This document shows positions 45,051-53,322 of a stretch of 64,000 bases of DNA, piece by piece. Source of the stretch: Oscillospiraceae bacterium (GTDB taxonomy: Bacteria > Bacillota > Clostridia > Oscillospirales > Oscillospiraceae). Both the position numbers and the translations under genes were made by a program. The stretch covers positions 4,981 through 68,980 of the forward strand of contig CAVHIP010000001.1 of assembly GCA_963636125.1 (NCBI GenBank), written 5' to 3'. The notes below the pieces were generated by a model. That model was not told where the DNA came from. It searched no databases and worked only from the letters and a program-made list of their open reading frames with translations. Each line of letters begins with the position of its first letter. The stretch's first letter is position 1.

Positions 45051-46475
45051 TTATGCCAATTTAAGGGTAAACACAAATTCGGTCACACCGTCTTCGCTCT
45101 TGACCGCTATATCCTCATCATGGCTGTTTATAATTGTCTTGACAAGATACAGCCCTAATCCTACGCCGGTTTTATCCATGCTTCTCGACCTGTCGGACTT
45201 ATGGAATCTGTCAAAAATAAACGGAAGATCATCCGGAGGTATCGTCTCTCCGACATCCTTCACGGATACGTATGCCTTGCCGTCGTTTTTATACAGGCGC
45301 AGAGTAATGCAAGTTCCCTCTTTGGCAAATTTCACAGCGTTGTCAAGAAGATTATATATTACCTGCGTTATGGCGTCCTTGTCGGCTATGACCATGATAT
45401 GATTATCGGGAAGCTGCGGGTCGACATCGAGATGCTTTTTTGTCGCCCTGCTCTCAAAGCTGAGAAGTATCTGCAATATGGTTTCCGTCAGATCGAATGC
45501 CGTGCGTTTTCCGGGATCGGACGCTCTCGCCTTCATTTGCGAAATATCCAGCATCTCTCTGACAAGCCTTGAGAGGCGCCGTGTTTCATCACGGATGCAG
45601 ACGAGATATTTGGTTTGGTCTTCGCTGCTTATGGTTCCGTCAAGAATGCCGTCGGCAAATCCGGATATGGTCGTCATGGGCGTGCGGAGCTCATGCGAGA
45701 TGTTGGCGATAAATTCGCTTCGGCGCGCTTCCGCCTGCTCAAGCGAATCCGCCATCTTGTTGAACGACTCAATAAGCGCGCCCATCTCGTCGGTAGTGTC
45801 CTCCTGCTGCTTAACGCGCACGGAGAAATCGCCCCTTGCGAACTTCCTCGAAGCGGCCGCAATCTCGTCCAGCGGCTTGGCCATGCTCTTTGAATAAATA
45901 AGAGAGATTATCAATGCCGCGGCAAATACGGCAACGGTAACAATAAGACCGACGCTTAAGAAAGACGACCATGCGCCGAGCATATTGTCTATCACGCTGT
46001 TGATAAAGACATAGCCGCAAACGATAGTATCATCGCTTTCAAAAATCGGCATCGCCACAATATATCTGTTGGTGTCAAATATTCCGCTGAGATTGGTTAT
46101 CTGATTGTAGCTTCCCTCGCTGTTTATCTGCGAGAGGATATCGCCGCCGATAACACAGCCGATATGCTTGCAGACGGGCGCCTCATCGGAGCAGTTTATA
46201 ACGCGTCCTTCGGTATCGGCAATAAATATCTGATTCCCCGTGGATTTCGATATAGTGCTGAGAGTCATGCCGATTCTCCAGCCGTCAAGCGAGTCGTTTT
46301 GCAAAACGGCGGACGCCATGTGCGATATCTCTTTCGCGCTGTTGACCATGTCCTCTCTGTACTCGCTGATCACATAGTTGCGCCCTATACCGACAAACGA
46401 AAAAGCGAGGATAATAAAGCACACCGAAACCATCACGGCAGTTGCCACAAAGTTTCTTAAATAAATGCTTTTCAT
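45051..46475 (-). CDS. Sensor histidine kinase (extracytoplasmic loop, HAMP, HisKA, HATPase)
   Basis: The start was taken at MKSIYLRNF (46475), which gives an ATGA overlap with the regulator stop. The H-box is FIANISHELRTPMT, and N/G boxes are present (DNAVKF.., GVGLGL). Confidence 0.85.
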   Translation of the reverse strand: MKSIYLRNFVATAVMVSVCFIILAFSFVGIGRNYVISEYREDMVNSAKEISHMASAVLQNDSLDGWRIGMTLSTISKSTGNQIFIADTEGRVINCSDEAPVCKHIGCVIGGDILSQINSEGSYNQITNLSGIFDTNRYIVAMPIFESDDTIVCGYVFINSVIDNMLGAWSSFLSVGLIVTVAVFAAALIISLIYSKSMAKPLDEIAAASRKFARGDFSVRVKQQEDTTDEMGALIESFNKMADSLEQAEARRSEFIANISHELRTPMTTISGFADGILDGTISSEDQTKYLVCIRDETRRLSRLVREMLDISQMKARASDPGKRTAFDLTETILQILLSFESRATKKHLDVDPQLPDNHIMVIADKDAITQVIYNLLDNAVKFAKEGTCITLRLYKNDGKAYVSVKDVGETIPPDDLPFIFDRFHKSDRSRSMDKTGVGLGLYLVKTIINSHDEDIAVKSEDGVTEFVFTLKLA

Positions 46476-47152
46476 AGAACTTCGAATTTGTAACCTACGC
46501 CCCAAACGGTCTTAAGGCTCCACTTATCGGAAACGCCTTCGAGCTTCTCTCTGAGGCGCTTGACATGCACGTCAACGGTTCTGGAATCGCCGAAATAATC
46601 GAAGCCCCAGACTTCATCAAGAAGCTGATTTCTCGTAAAAACTCTGTTGGGAGAGGACGCCAGATGATAGAGCAGTTCCATCTCTTTCGGCGGTGCCTCG
46701 ACCTTTTTGCCGTCAACAACAAGCTCATAGGAATCGAGATTTATCGTCAGTTTGTCAAACTCAAGCTTTTTGTCAACGGGCGCATCCGAATCGGTGCGGC
46801 GCATCACCGCGTGGACTCTCGCAATAAGCTCCTTTACGTCAAAGGGCTTTGTGACATAATCGTCCGCGCCCATCTCAAGGCCGCTTATCTTATCGTTCGT
46901 TTCGCCCTTAGCGGTCAGCATGATTATGGGGACGGAGGACTTTTCGCGTATCTCGCGGCAAACCTGCCAGCCGTCTTTTACGGGCAGCATGATATCAAGC
47001 AGGACAACATCCGGCTTGAAAAGATCGAACATCGACTTTGCCTTGCCGCCGTCGGGGGAAATCATGACCTCGAACCCGTCCTTGCCGAGATACAGTCTCA
47101 AAAGCTCGGCAATATTGCTGTCATCCTCAACTATAAGCGCTCTTTTATTCAT
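46472..47152 (-). CDS. OmpR/PhoB-family response regulator
   Basis: The start was taken at MNKRALIVEDD (47152, GGAGG RBS). The receiver Asp is in VVLLDIMLP, and the winged-helix end is RTVDVHVKRLREKL..VWGVGYKF. Confidence 0.9.
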   Translation of the reverse strand: MNKRALIVEDDSNIAELLRLYLGKDGFEVMISPDGGKAKSMFDLFKPDVVLLDIMLPVKDGWQVCREIREKSSVPIIMLTAKGETNDKISGLEMGADDYVTKPFDVKELIARVHAVMRRTDSDAPVDKKLEFDKLTINLDSYELVVDGKKVEAPPKEMELLYHLASSPNRVFTRNQLLDEVWGFDYFGDSRTVDVHVKRLREKLEGVSDKWSLKTVWGVGYKFEVL

Positions 47153-47328
47153 AGCAAGTCCTCCATGAACTTTCGTATATTTTAGAAATCTCTGCATACG
47201 CAGCAAGTTTGACGCTTTATATTTTGTTATTATAGTCCGCCGCAAACGATATTGGTTAAAAAAATGTAAAGGTGTTGTTCATATATTATCTTTGCATGAA
47301 TTATGGCAACGTATTCAAGGCAAAAAAA

Positions 47329-47383
47329 ACCGTTCACCGATAACTGAGCAGCAGCATGCCGTGGGACTTCATCGGTGAACGGT
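47329..47383. terminator. Bidirectional intrinsic terminator downstream of ispF
   Basis: ACCGTTCACCGAT / ATCGGTGAACGGT 13-bp stem with a 29-nt loop. It is flanked by A8 upstream and TAATTTTT downstream; on the minus strand it is followed by TTTTTTTT. Confidence 0.65.
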
Positions 47384-47392
47384 AATTTTTAT

Positions 47393-47878
47393 TTATTTTG
47401 CCGTATCGATAAGCGAAACGGCATGGGCGGCAATGCCGAGCCCTTCGCCGGAAAAGCCGAGGCCTTCCTCCGTGGTCGCCTTAACGCTGACGCGATCCAC
47501 CTCCACGCCCATCGCGGCGGCTAATTTTTCACGCATTTGCGGGATGAACGGAGCGAGCTTGGGGCGCTGCGCAATAATAGTGCAATCGGTATTTGATACG
47601 GCATAGCCCTTTTTCCCGAGCTCCGAAACGACGATTTTCAGCAGTTCGACACTGTCCGCGCCGAGATATCTGTCGTCATTATCCGGAAAAAGATGGCCTA
47701 TGTCGCCCATTGCCGCCGCGCCGAGCAGCGAGTCCATAAGAGCGTGGGTCAAAACGTCGGCATCGGAGTGCCCGAGAAGGCCTTTTTCATACTGAATCTC
47801 AACACCGCCGAGGACAAGCCTTCTACCCTCGACAAGGCGGTGGACATCATACCCGTGCCCTATCCTCACTGTAATCAC
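47393..47878 (-). CDS. ispF: 2-C-methyl-D-erythritol 2,4-cyclodiphosphate synthase
   Basis: [11 protein letters not shown] and [11 protein letters not shown] are the canonical IspF motifs. The protein is 161 aa. Confidence 0.9.
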   Translation of the reverse strand: MITVRIGHGYDVHRLVEGRRLVLGGVEIQYEKGLLGHSDADVLTHALMDSLLGAAAMGDIGHLFPDNDDRYLGADSVELLKIVVSELGKKGYAVSNTDCTIIAQRPKLAPFIPQMREKLAAAMGVEVDRVSVKATTEEGLGFSGEGLGIAAHAVSLIDTAK

Positions 47879-48590
47879 CTCTGCGTTTTATTATCTCGGA
47901 CGCAACAAACAGGTCTTTCGCGGTTGTGAGCTTTATATTGTCCTCATCGCCTTCGACCATAAAGACTCTTACGCCCATCGCTTCTATCGCGGCGCAGTCA
48001 TCCGTGATCACTCTGCCGTCTCTGACCGCTTTGGAAAGCGCGCCTTTTATAATATCCGCATTAAATACCTGCGGTGTCTGGATGCGAACGGTTGTTTCTC
48101 TGTCAACGGTGCCTATGGCAAAGCCGTCCTCGTCAATGGCTTTAAGGGTATCCGTGATTTTAACCGCAGGCGCGGCCGCCATATATTTTGCCGCCGCGGA
48201 AACGGCATCCTCGATTATTTTCTCGGTGACGAACGGTCTTGCGCCGTCATGTATCGCAATAAGCTCCGCGCCGCTCTTTACCTCAGACACACCGGCAAGA
48301 GAGGATTCGCTCCTTGTCGCGCCGCCGAAAATCACCTTTGATGCCTTGGAAATGCCGTATTTTTTGCACATATCGGCAACTTCCATCAGCTTTTCGCTTC
48401 TCGTGACAACGACTATTTCTTCGACCGCCTTGCAGTTTTCAAAGGCAAGAAGCGTCCTCGCAAGGACGGGCATACAGCCCAGCTGCATAAAGAGCTTGTC
48501 TTCGCCCATGCGCGTTGAATTCCCGGCGGCAACAATAACCGCAGAGCAACGGGGTTCTTTCTGTTTTCCGCCGAACAGTTTTTCAAACAT
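47847..48590 (-). CDS. ispD: 2-C-methyl-D-erythritol 4-phosphate cytidylyltransferase
   Basis: [13 protein letters not shown] and IHDGARPF are the IspD motifs. The protein is 247 aa and lies directly upstream of ispF. Confidence 0.9.
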   Translation of the reverse strand: MFEKLFGGKQKEPRCSAVIVAAGNSTRMGEDKLFMQLGCMPVLARTLLAFENCKAVEEIVVVTRSEKLMEVADMCKKYGISKASKVIFGGATRSESSLAGVSEVKSGAELIAIHDGARPFVTEKIIEDAVSAAAKYMAAAPAVKITDTLKAIDEDGFAIGTVDRETTVRIQTPQVFNADIIKGALSKAVRDGRVITDDCAAIEAMGVRVFMVEGDEDNIKLTTAKDLFVASEIIKRRGDYSEDRARV

Positions 48591-48611
48591 AATGCCCGCT
48601 CATCTCCTTAC

Positions 48612-49643
48612 TCAGCCTTTAAGCTGACGTTTTCTGTAAAAATTCATCATGCCGTCCTGCATGTCGTCAAGGTGCATAAGCATTTTGCCCGCTCCGTACG
48701 CCGCGCAGGAAACCGCGTCATCCACGACAACGGTGCGTATGCCGGTGCTGCGCTCGATAAGTCTGTCGATGCCGTAGATAAGGCTGCCGCCGCCGGACAT
48801 GATTATTCCGTTTTTGTCAAGATCGCCGACAAGCTGCGGCTGGGTACGTTCAAGAACGCTGTGTATCGCCTCGAGTATTCTGTTCATCGGCTCGACAAAG
48901 GCCTCAATAAGTTCGGTAGAGCTGAGTTCAATTGTCTTAGGCAGGCCGTTGGTGAGATTCTGCCCCTTGACTTCTTCGATGCCGGCATCAGGACGCTGGA
49001 TTATGCAGCCGATGCTGCGCTTTATCTCTTCCGCGGTCGTAAGGCCGAGGCGGACGTTATATTTATTGCGCACATATCTGACTATCGCCTCATCAAAGCT
49101 TGCGCCGGCGACCTTGATAGACTCGCACTCCGCAACGCCTCCGGCCGAAATCACCGCAATCTCCGTCGTGCCGCCGCCGATGTCAATGACCATATGCCCG
49201 TCCGCCTTGGAAATATCCACACCGGCGCCGAGAGCTGTAGCGACGGCGGTTTCGAGCAGATAGACCTTCCTTGCGCCGGCTTCTATCGCCGCGTCGATAA
49301 CGGCGCGCTCTTCAACGCCGTTTATGCTGCTCGGCACGCACGCGAGAATGCAAGGCTTAAAAAGGCTCACCGTTGTAATACGGCTGATAAGCTCTCGAAG
49401 CATCTGGGCGGTCATCTCATAGTCGGAGATGACGCCGTTGTTCACCGGCTTTATGGCGACAATATTGGCAGGGGTTCTGCCGAGCATCTTCTGTGCTTCC
49501 TGCCCCACTTTCAATATTTTGCCGCTGAACTTGTCCACCGCGACAACGGTCGGTTCTCTGCTGACAACGCCCTTGCCCTGCTCGAAAATGAGTGTGGAGG
49601 ATGTCCCCATGTCTATGGCGATGTCTTTTTCAAATAAATTCAT
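48612..49643 (-). CDS. mreB: Rod-shape-determining actin homolog MreB/Mbl
   Basis: DIAIDMGTSSTLIF, MVIDIGGGTTEIAVIS and GIIMSGGGSLI are present. The protein is 343 aa. Confidence 0.9.
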   Translation of the reverse strand: MNLFEKDIAIDMGTSSTLIFEQGKGVVSREPTVVAVDKFSGKILKVGQEAQKMLGRTPANIVAIKPVNNGVISDYEMTAQMLRELISRITTVSLFKPCILACVPSSINGVEERAVIDAAIEAGARKVYLLETAVATALGAGVDISKADGHMVIDIGGGTTEIAVISAGGVAECESIKVAGASFDEAIVRYVRNKYNVRLGLTTAEEIKRSIGCIIQRPDAGIEEVKGQNLTNGLPKTIELSSTELIEAFVEPMNRILEAIHSVLERTQPQLVGDLDKNGIIMSGGGSLIYGIDRLIERSTGIRTVVVDDAVSCAAYGAGKMLMHLDDMQDGMMNFYRKRQLKG

Positions 49644-49667
49644 ATGATTCTCACTCCAAAAGGTTTC

Positions 49668-50324
49668 TTAATCTCTCCGGCGGGCCGCGGTAAGCGCCGC
49701 GACATCTGTCGCGCCGGCTTTTCTGAGAACCGACGCCGCCTCCGAGAGGGTCGCGCCGGTGGTAACGATATCGTCAACAAGCAAAATGCGTTTTCCCACC
49801 GCAATAGAAGGCGCAAGCGGTTCGTATATGCCGGAAACGTTTTTTTGCCTCTGTTTATAGTCGTTTATTCCTGACTGAGCCGGATTATTGCGAAGCTTAA
49901 CGAGCATTTCCGCGCACGGCAGAGAAAGCTCTTTCGCCGCGCACTCCGCCAGAAGCCGCGCCTGATTGTATCCGCGTTTGCGAAGTCTCGCGCGGCTCAA
50001 CGGAATCCATGTAATAATATCGCAGGAAAAATGCATTTCGTCAATACATTTTGCCATAATTTTGCCGAAAGTACGGCTGTATGATGCCGCGCCGCCGAAT
50101 TTATAACGCAACAGAGCGTCTCTGACCATGCCCTCATAATAGAGCGGCGATATGCAGCAGCTGATATTCGCAAAATGCTGCTCCGCATTATTCTCTCCCG
50201 TATAGGGCAGTTTCTTGGCGCAGTCGCGGCACATGCCCTCGCCCATTTTCACGAGCTTCCCGCAGAAAGCGCAGCGGCTGGGGTAGAAAAGTTCAAGCAA
50301 AAGGTCGGTTATTTTCATTTGCAT
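49668..50324 (-). CDS. comFC: ComF family protein (ComFC-like, zinc finger plus phosphoribosyltransferase domain)
   Basis: The N-terminal C4 motif is CAFCGK..CRDC, and the PRT motif is ILLVDDIVTTGATL. The protein is 218 aa. Confidence 0.8.
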   Translation of the reverse strand: MQMKITDLLLELFYPSRCAFCGKLVKMGEGMCRDCAKKLPYTGENNAEQHFANISCCISPLYYEGMVRDALLRYKFGGAASYSRTFGKIMAKCIDEMHFSCDIITWIPLSRARLRKRGYNQARLLAECAAKELSLPCAEMLVKLRNNPAQSGINDYKQRQKNVSGIYEPLAPSIAVGKRILLVDDIVTTGATLSEAASVLRKAGATDVAALTAARRRD

Positions 50325-52531
50325 AGTGCCTTTAACCGGACTCTGAGCGCGGTGAACCTGTTTGCGCGCTTTGAATTATCTATCATCTGATACGCGGTTT
50401 CGTCATCGCCTATGATTATAAGCAAATCTTTTGCTCGGGTCACCGCTGTATATAATACACTTCTTGTCAAGAGCATGCGCGATGATGCGGACAGGGCAAG
50501 AATAACCGCTCTGTACTCGCTGCCCTGAGATTTATGCACCGTCATCGCCCATGCGTGCTCGAGCTCCATAAGGGAGTCAAAGCCGTAAACGACAATACGT
50601 CCGTCAAAATTCACCGTAAGGGTTTCGTTCACCGTGTCAATGGCGGTTATATTCCCGATATCGCCGTTATATATGCCGCTTCCGGCGGTTTTAGAGTCCT
50701 CGCTGAGCCAGAGTATGTCATAATTGTTTTTTATCTGCATAACCCTGTCGCCTACGCGGAATACCACATCTCCGAAAGCCTTTTCGGCTTTTGTCTTATC
50801 GGGCGGGTTGAGCGTTATCTGAAGCTGTTTGTTGAGATTGAACGTCCCCAGCTCTCCGCGTCTCGTGGGAGAGAGAATCTGTATGTCGCCGGAGGGAATG
50901 CCCATCTTGTTGGGAAGACGCGCGGAACAGAGCTCAGTTATCGTCTCAACGGCCGAGGCCGCCTGCAATCTGCGCAGGCGGAAGAAATCGCCCGTATTTT
51001 CGGAAAAATTCGGATGCTCGCCTTTATTTATCATATGCGCGTTGCGTACAATACGGCTACCCTCGCTCTGTCTGAATATCTCTGTCAGCTTCACGGTGGG
51101 GGCAGTCTCGCTACGTATGACGGCAGAGAAAACATTGCCGGGACCCACGGATTGAAGCTGGTCGGCATCGCCCACCATCACAAGTCTCGCATCCGGCGGA
51201 AGAGCTCTCAAAAGTGCGTCGAACAGCGTTATATCAATCATCGAGCATTCGTCCAGAATTACCGCATCGCACTCAAGCCTGTTGCTCTCATCGCGCGCAA
51301 AGACGACTCTTTCCCCATCCTCGGCAAACTTCGCTTCAAGCAGACGGTGGACGGTGGAAGCGTCGCGGCCGGTGAGTTCGGTCATGCGTTTTGCCGCTCT
51401 CCCGGTAGGCGCCGTGAGCAGCGTTTTCAGGCCGAGGACATCGAAAAGGGCAAGAATAGCTCGCACAGACGTTGTTTTCCCCGTACCGGGGCCGCCGGTA
51501 ATAACCACAAGCTGATTTTCGAGAACGAGCTTCAATGTCTGCTTCTGGGACGGAGCATAGCGTATGCCCTGCTCGGCTTCAAGAGTCGAAATAAGCTCAG
51601 ATATATCCGCCTTATCGTCATATTTTCTCTTGCACATGCGCGCCAGACACTCCGCGGCGTTTGTCTCGGCAAAATAGAGTTCCGGCAAATAGCACGCGTC
51701 GACGCCGGCTATCTTCTCAAATATCAGTTCTCCGCTTTCGATAAGCTTGTCGATGCTCTCCCATGCCTCGTCATACTCGACGCCGATAAGCTCCGCCGCG
51801 GCGGAGGCAAGTTTTTCGCGCGGAATAAAGCAATGTCCGTTTCCGGAATTATGCGCAAGCTCATAAAGACAGGCCGCCTTTATGCGGTTTTGATTGTTGC
51901 TCTCTATGCCCATTTCCAGAGCGAGAGTATCCGCTTCGGAAAAGCTGCCGCCGATGTGAGATGAGGCGAGTATATACGGATTTTCGCGCAATATGCCCAT
52001 CGCCTCGTCGCCGTAGAAGCGGTACAGGCGCATGGCAAGGATAGGGCGAAGGCCGAACGAGCAGACAAATTCCATAATTCTGCGCACTCCTGCCTGCCGG
52101 CGGAAGCTCTTTGAAATCTGCTGTGCCTTTGAGGAGTTTATGCCCTTGATTTTCGTGAGTTTTTCCGGCGAATTTTCCAGAACGTCAAGAGTTTTATCCC
52201 CGAATTCGTTGACAATAAGCGACGCCGTGGCGGGGCCTATGCCTTTGATGGCGCCGCCTGCGAGAAATTCGTAGATGGCGGACGCGTTGGTAGGCAGAAG
52301 CCGCTGGGCAAACTCGGTCTTAAACTGCCTGCCGTGGACAGAATGCGTCGTCCACTCTCCGGTTATTATCATTGACTCCCCACTTGCGGCGTACGGAAAC
52401 GTCCCCGTAACGGTAACGCTCTCTCCGTTCCCGTCGCGAAGTCTCAAAACGGTATATCCGTTTTCCTCATTCTTATATATAACCGAGTCAACAGTCCCCG
52501 ATATTTCGTTCAGTTCTTTCTCCTGATCCAT
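50315..52531 (-). CDS. recD2: RecD2-type SF1B ATP-dependent DNA helicase
   Basis: The start was taken at MDQEKELNEISGTVDSVIYKNEENGYTVLRL (52531). Motifs: Walker A ITGGPGTGKTT, VILDECSM, the SH3-like region, and C-terminal AMTVHKSQGSEY..LYTAVTRAK. Confidence 0.85.
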   Translation of the reverse strand: MDQEKELNEISGTVDSVIYKNEENGYTVLRLRDGNGESVTVTGTFPYAASGESMIITGEWTTHSVHGRQFKTEFAQRLLPTNASAIYEFLAGGAIKGIGPATASLIVNEFGDKTLDVLENSPEKLTKIKGINSSKAQQISKSFRRQAGVRRIMEFVCSFGLRPILAMRLYRFYGDEAMGILRENPYILASSHIGGSFSEADTLALEMGIESNNQNRIKAACLYELAHNSGNGHCFIPREKLASAAAELIGVEYDEAWESIDKLIESGELIFEKIAGVDACYLPELYFAETNAAECLARMCKRKYDDKADISELISTLEAEQGIRYAPSQKQTLKLVLENQLVVITGGPGTGKTTSVRAILALFDVLGLKTLLTAPTGRAAKRMTELTGRDASTVHRLLEAKFAEDGERVVFARDESNRLECDAVILDECSMIDITLFDALLRALPPDARLVMVGDADQLQSVGPGNVFSAVIRSETAPTVKLTEIFRQSEGSRIVRNAHMINKGEHPNFSENTGDFFRLRRLQAASAVETITELCSARLPNKMGIPSGDIQILSPTRRGELGTFNLNKQLQITLNPPDKTKAEKAFGDVVFRVGDRVMQIKNNYDILWLSEDSKTAGSGIYNGDIGNITAIDTVNETLTVNFDGRIVVYGFDSLMELEHAWAMTVHKSQGSEYRAVILALSASSRMLLTRSVLYTAVTRAKDLLIIIGDDETAYQMIDNSKRANRFTALRVRLKALCK

Positions 52532-52575
52532 CTGACGTCTCCAAAAATTTTTGATTGAAATGCTTAATTTTATCG

Positions 52576-53322
52576 CTACGCTCTGACTTCCGCGTATACA
52601 AAGAGCCTGCCTTTGCGCGAATTGCCGCCGGTGCCGGTGACGCTGCCTTTGCCTTTGCCGCGGACGGTTATGATATCCCCGCATTTGACGGAATAATCAG
52701 GCTTTTCACACACGGAATAATTGACGCTCACGAGCCCCATATTAATCTGTTTCGCCGCCTCCGTGCGCGAAATATTGAACATTCCGCCGGCAACGGCATC
52801 AAGGCGCATGCTTGAAACCGTAAAAGTCATTTCCTTAACTTTTCGTTCGGCGGCGGGAACGGCATTAAGGGGGATTTCCTCCGCTCTGACCGTGATTCTC
52901 CCCGCTTTTTCAAGTTGCAGAATCAGCGGCTTGACGGAGGGAATGCATAAAACAAAGGCCGCGTCATCCCGAACGGTTATATCGCCTATACGTTCTCTGC
53001 CTATGCCCATGCCCAAAATCGCGCCCATATAATCGCGATGCGCGGGGGTACCGAAATATGCCGTAAGCTTCACGGCGGAGATATACTCCTCCCCGTCAAA
53101 AGTATCGGCATCAAGATATTCCGGCAGAAAAAATGCGATTTTCCGCTCGCTCTCGGCGTTTCCGCCGAAAAACACAAGTCTGCAGTCGGCTCTGTTCTTA
53201 AAATACCGCTCCAGCTCATAACTTTCCGCCGGCGTGAGGAAATTCGTGCGCGTCACGGCGCAGCTTCTCTCGCAGCGGTCTCTCAGATCCTCCGCCCTTT
53301 TTATCAGTTCGTTATTTTCCAT
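52576..53322 (-). CDS. ylmH: YlmH-like RNA-binding protein (S4 domain)
   Basis: 248 aa, alignable over its whole length with B. subtilis YlmH (TNFLTPAE.., FGGNAESERKIAFFLPEY, GAILGMGIGRERIGDI, and the S4 part SSMRLDAVAGGMFNISRTEAAKQINMGLVSVN). Confidence 0.8.
   Translation of the reverse strand: MENNELIKRAEDLRDRCERSCAVTRTNFLTPAESYELERYFKNRADCRLVFFGGNAESERKIAFFLPEYLDADTFDGEEYISAVKLTAYFGTPAHRDYMGAILGMGIGRERIGDITVRDDAAFVLCIPSVKPLILQLEKAGRITVRAEEIPLNAVPAAERKVKEMTFTVSSMRLDAVAGGMFNISRTEAAKQINMGLVSVNYSVCEKPDYSVKCGDIITVRGKGKGSVTGTGGNSRKGRLFVYAEVRA

Noticed and set aside
52532-52684. An Arg/Gln-rich N-terminal extension (RPRQRQRQRHRHRR..) of the recD2 ORF in the track
   Set aside because: It overlaps the 3' end of ylmH in another frame and has no RBS. 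The conserved RecD2 N-terminus starts at MDQEKELNEISG (52531).
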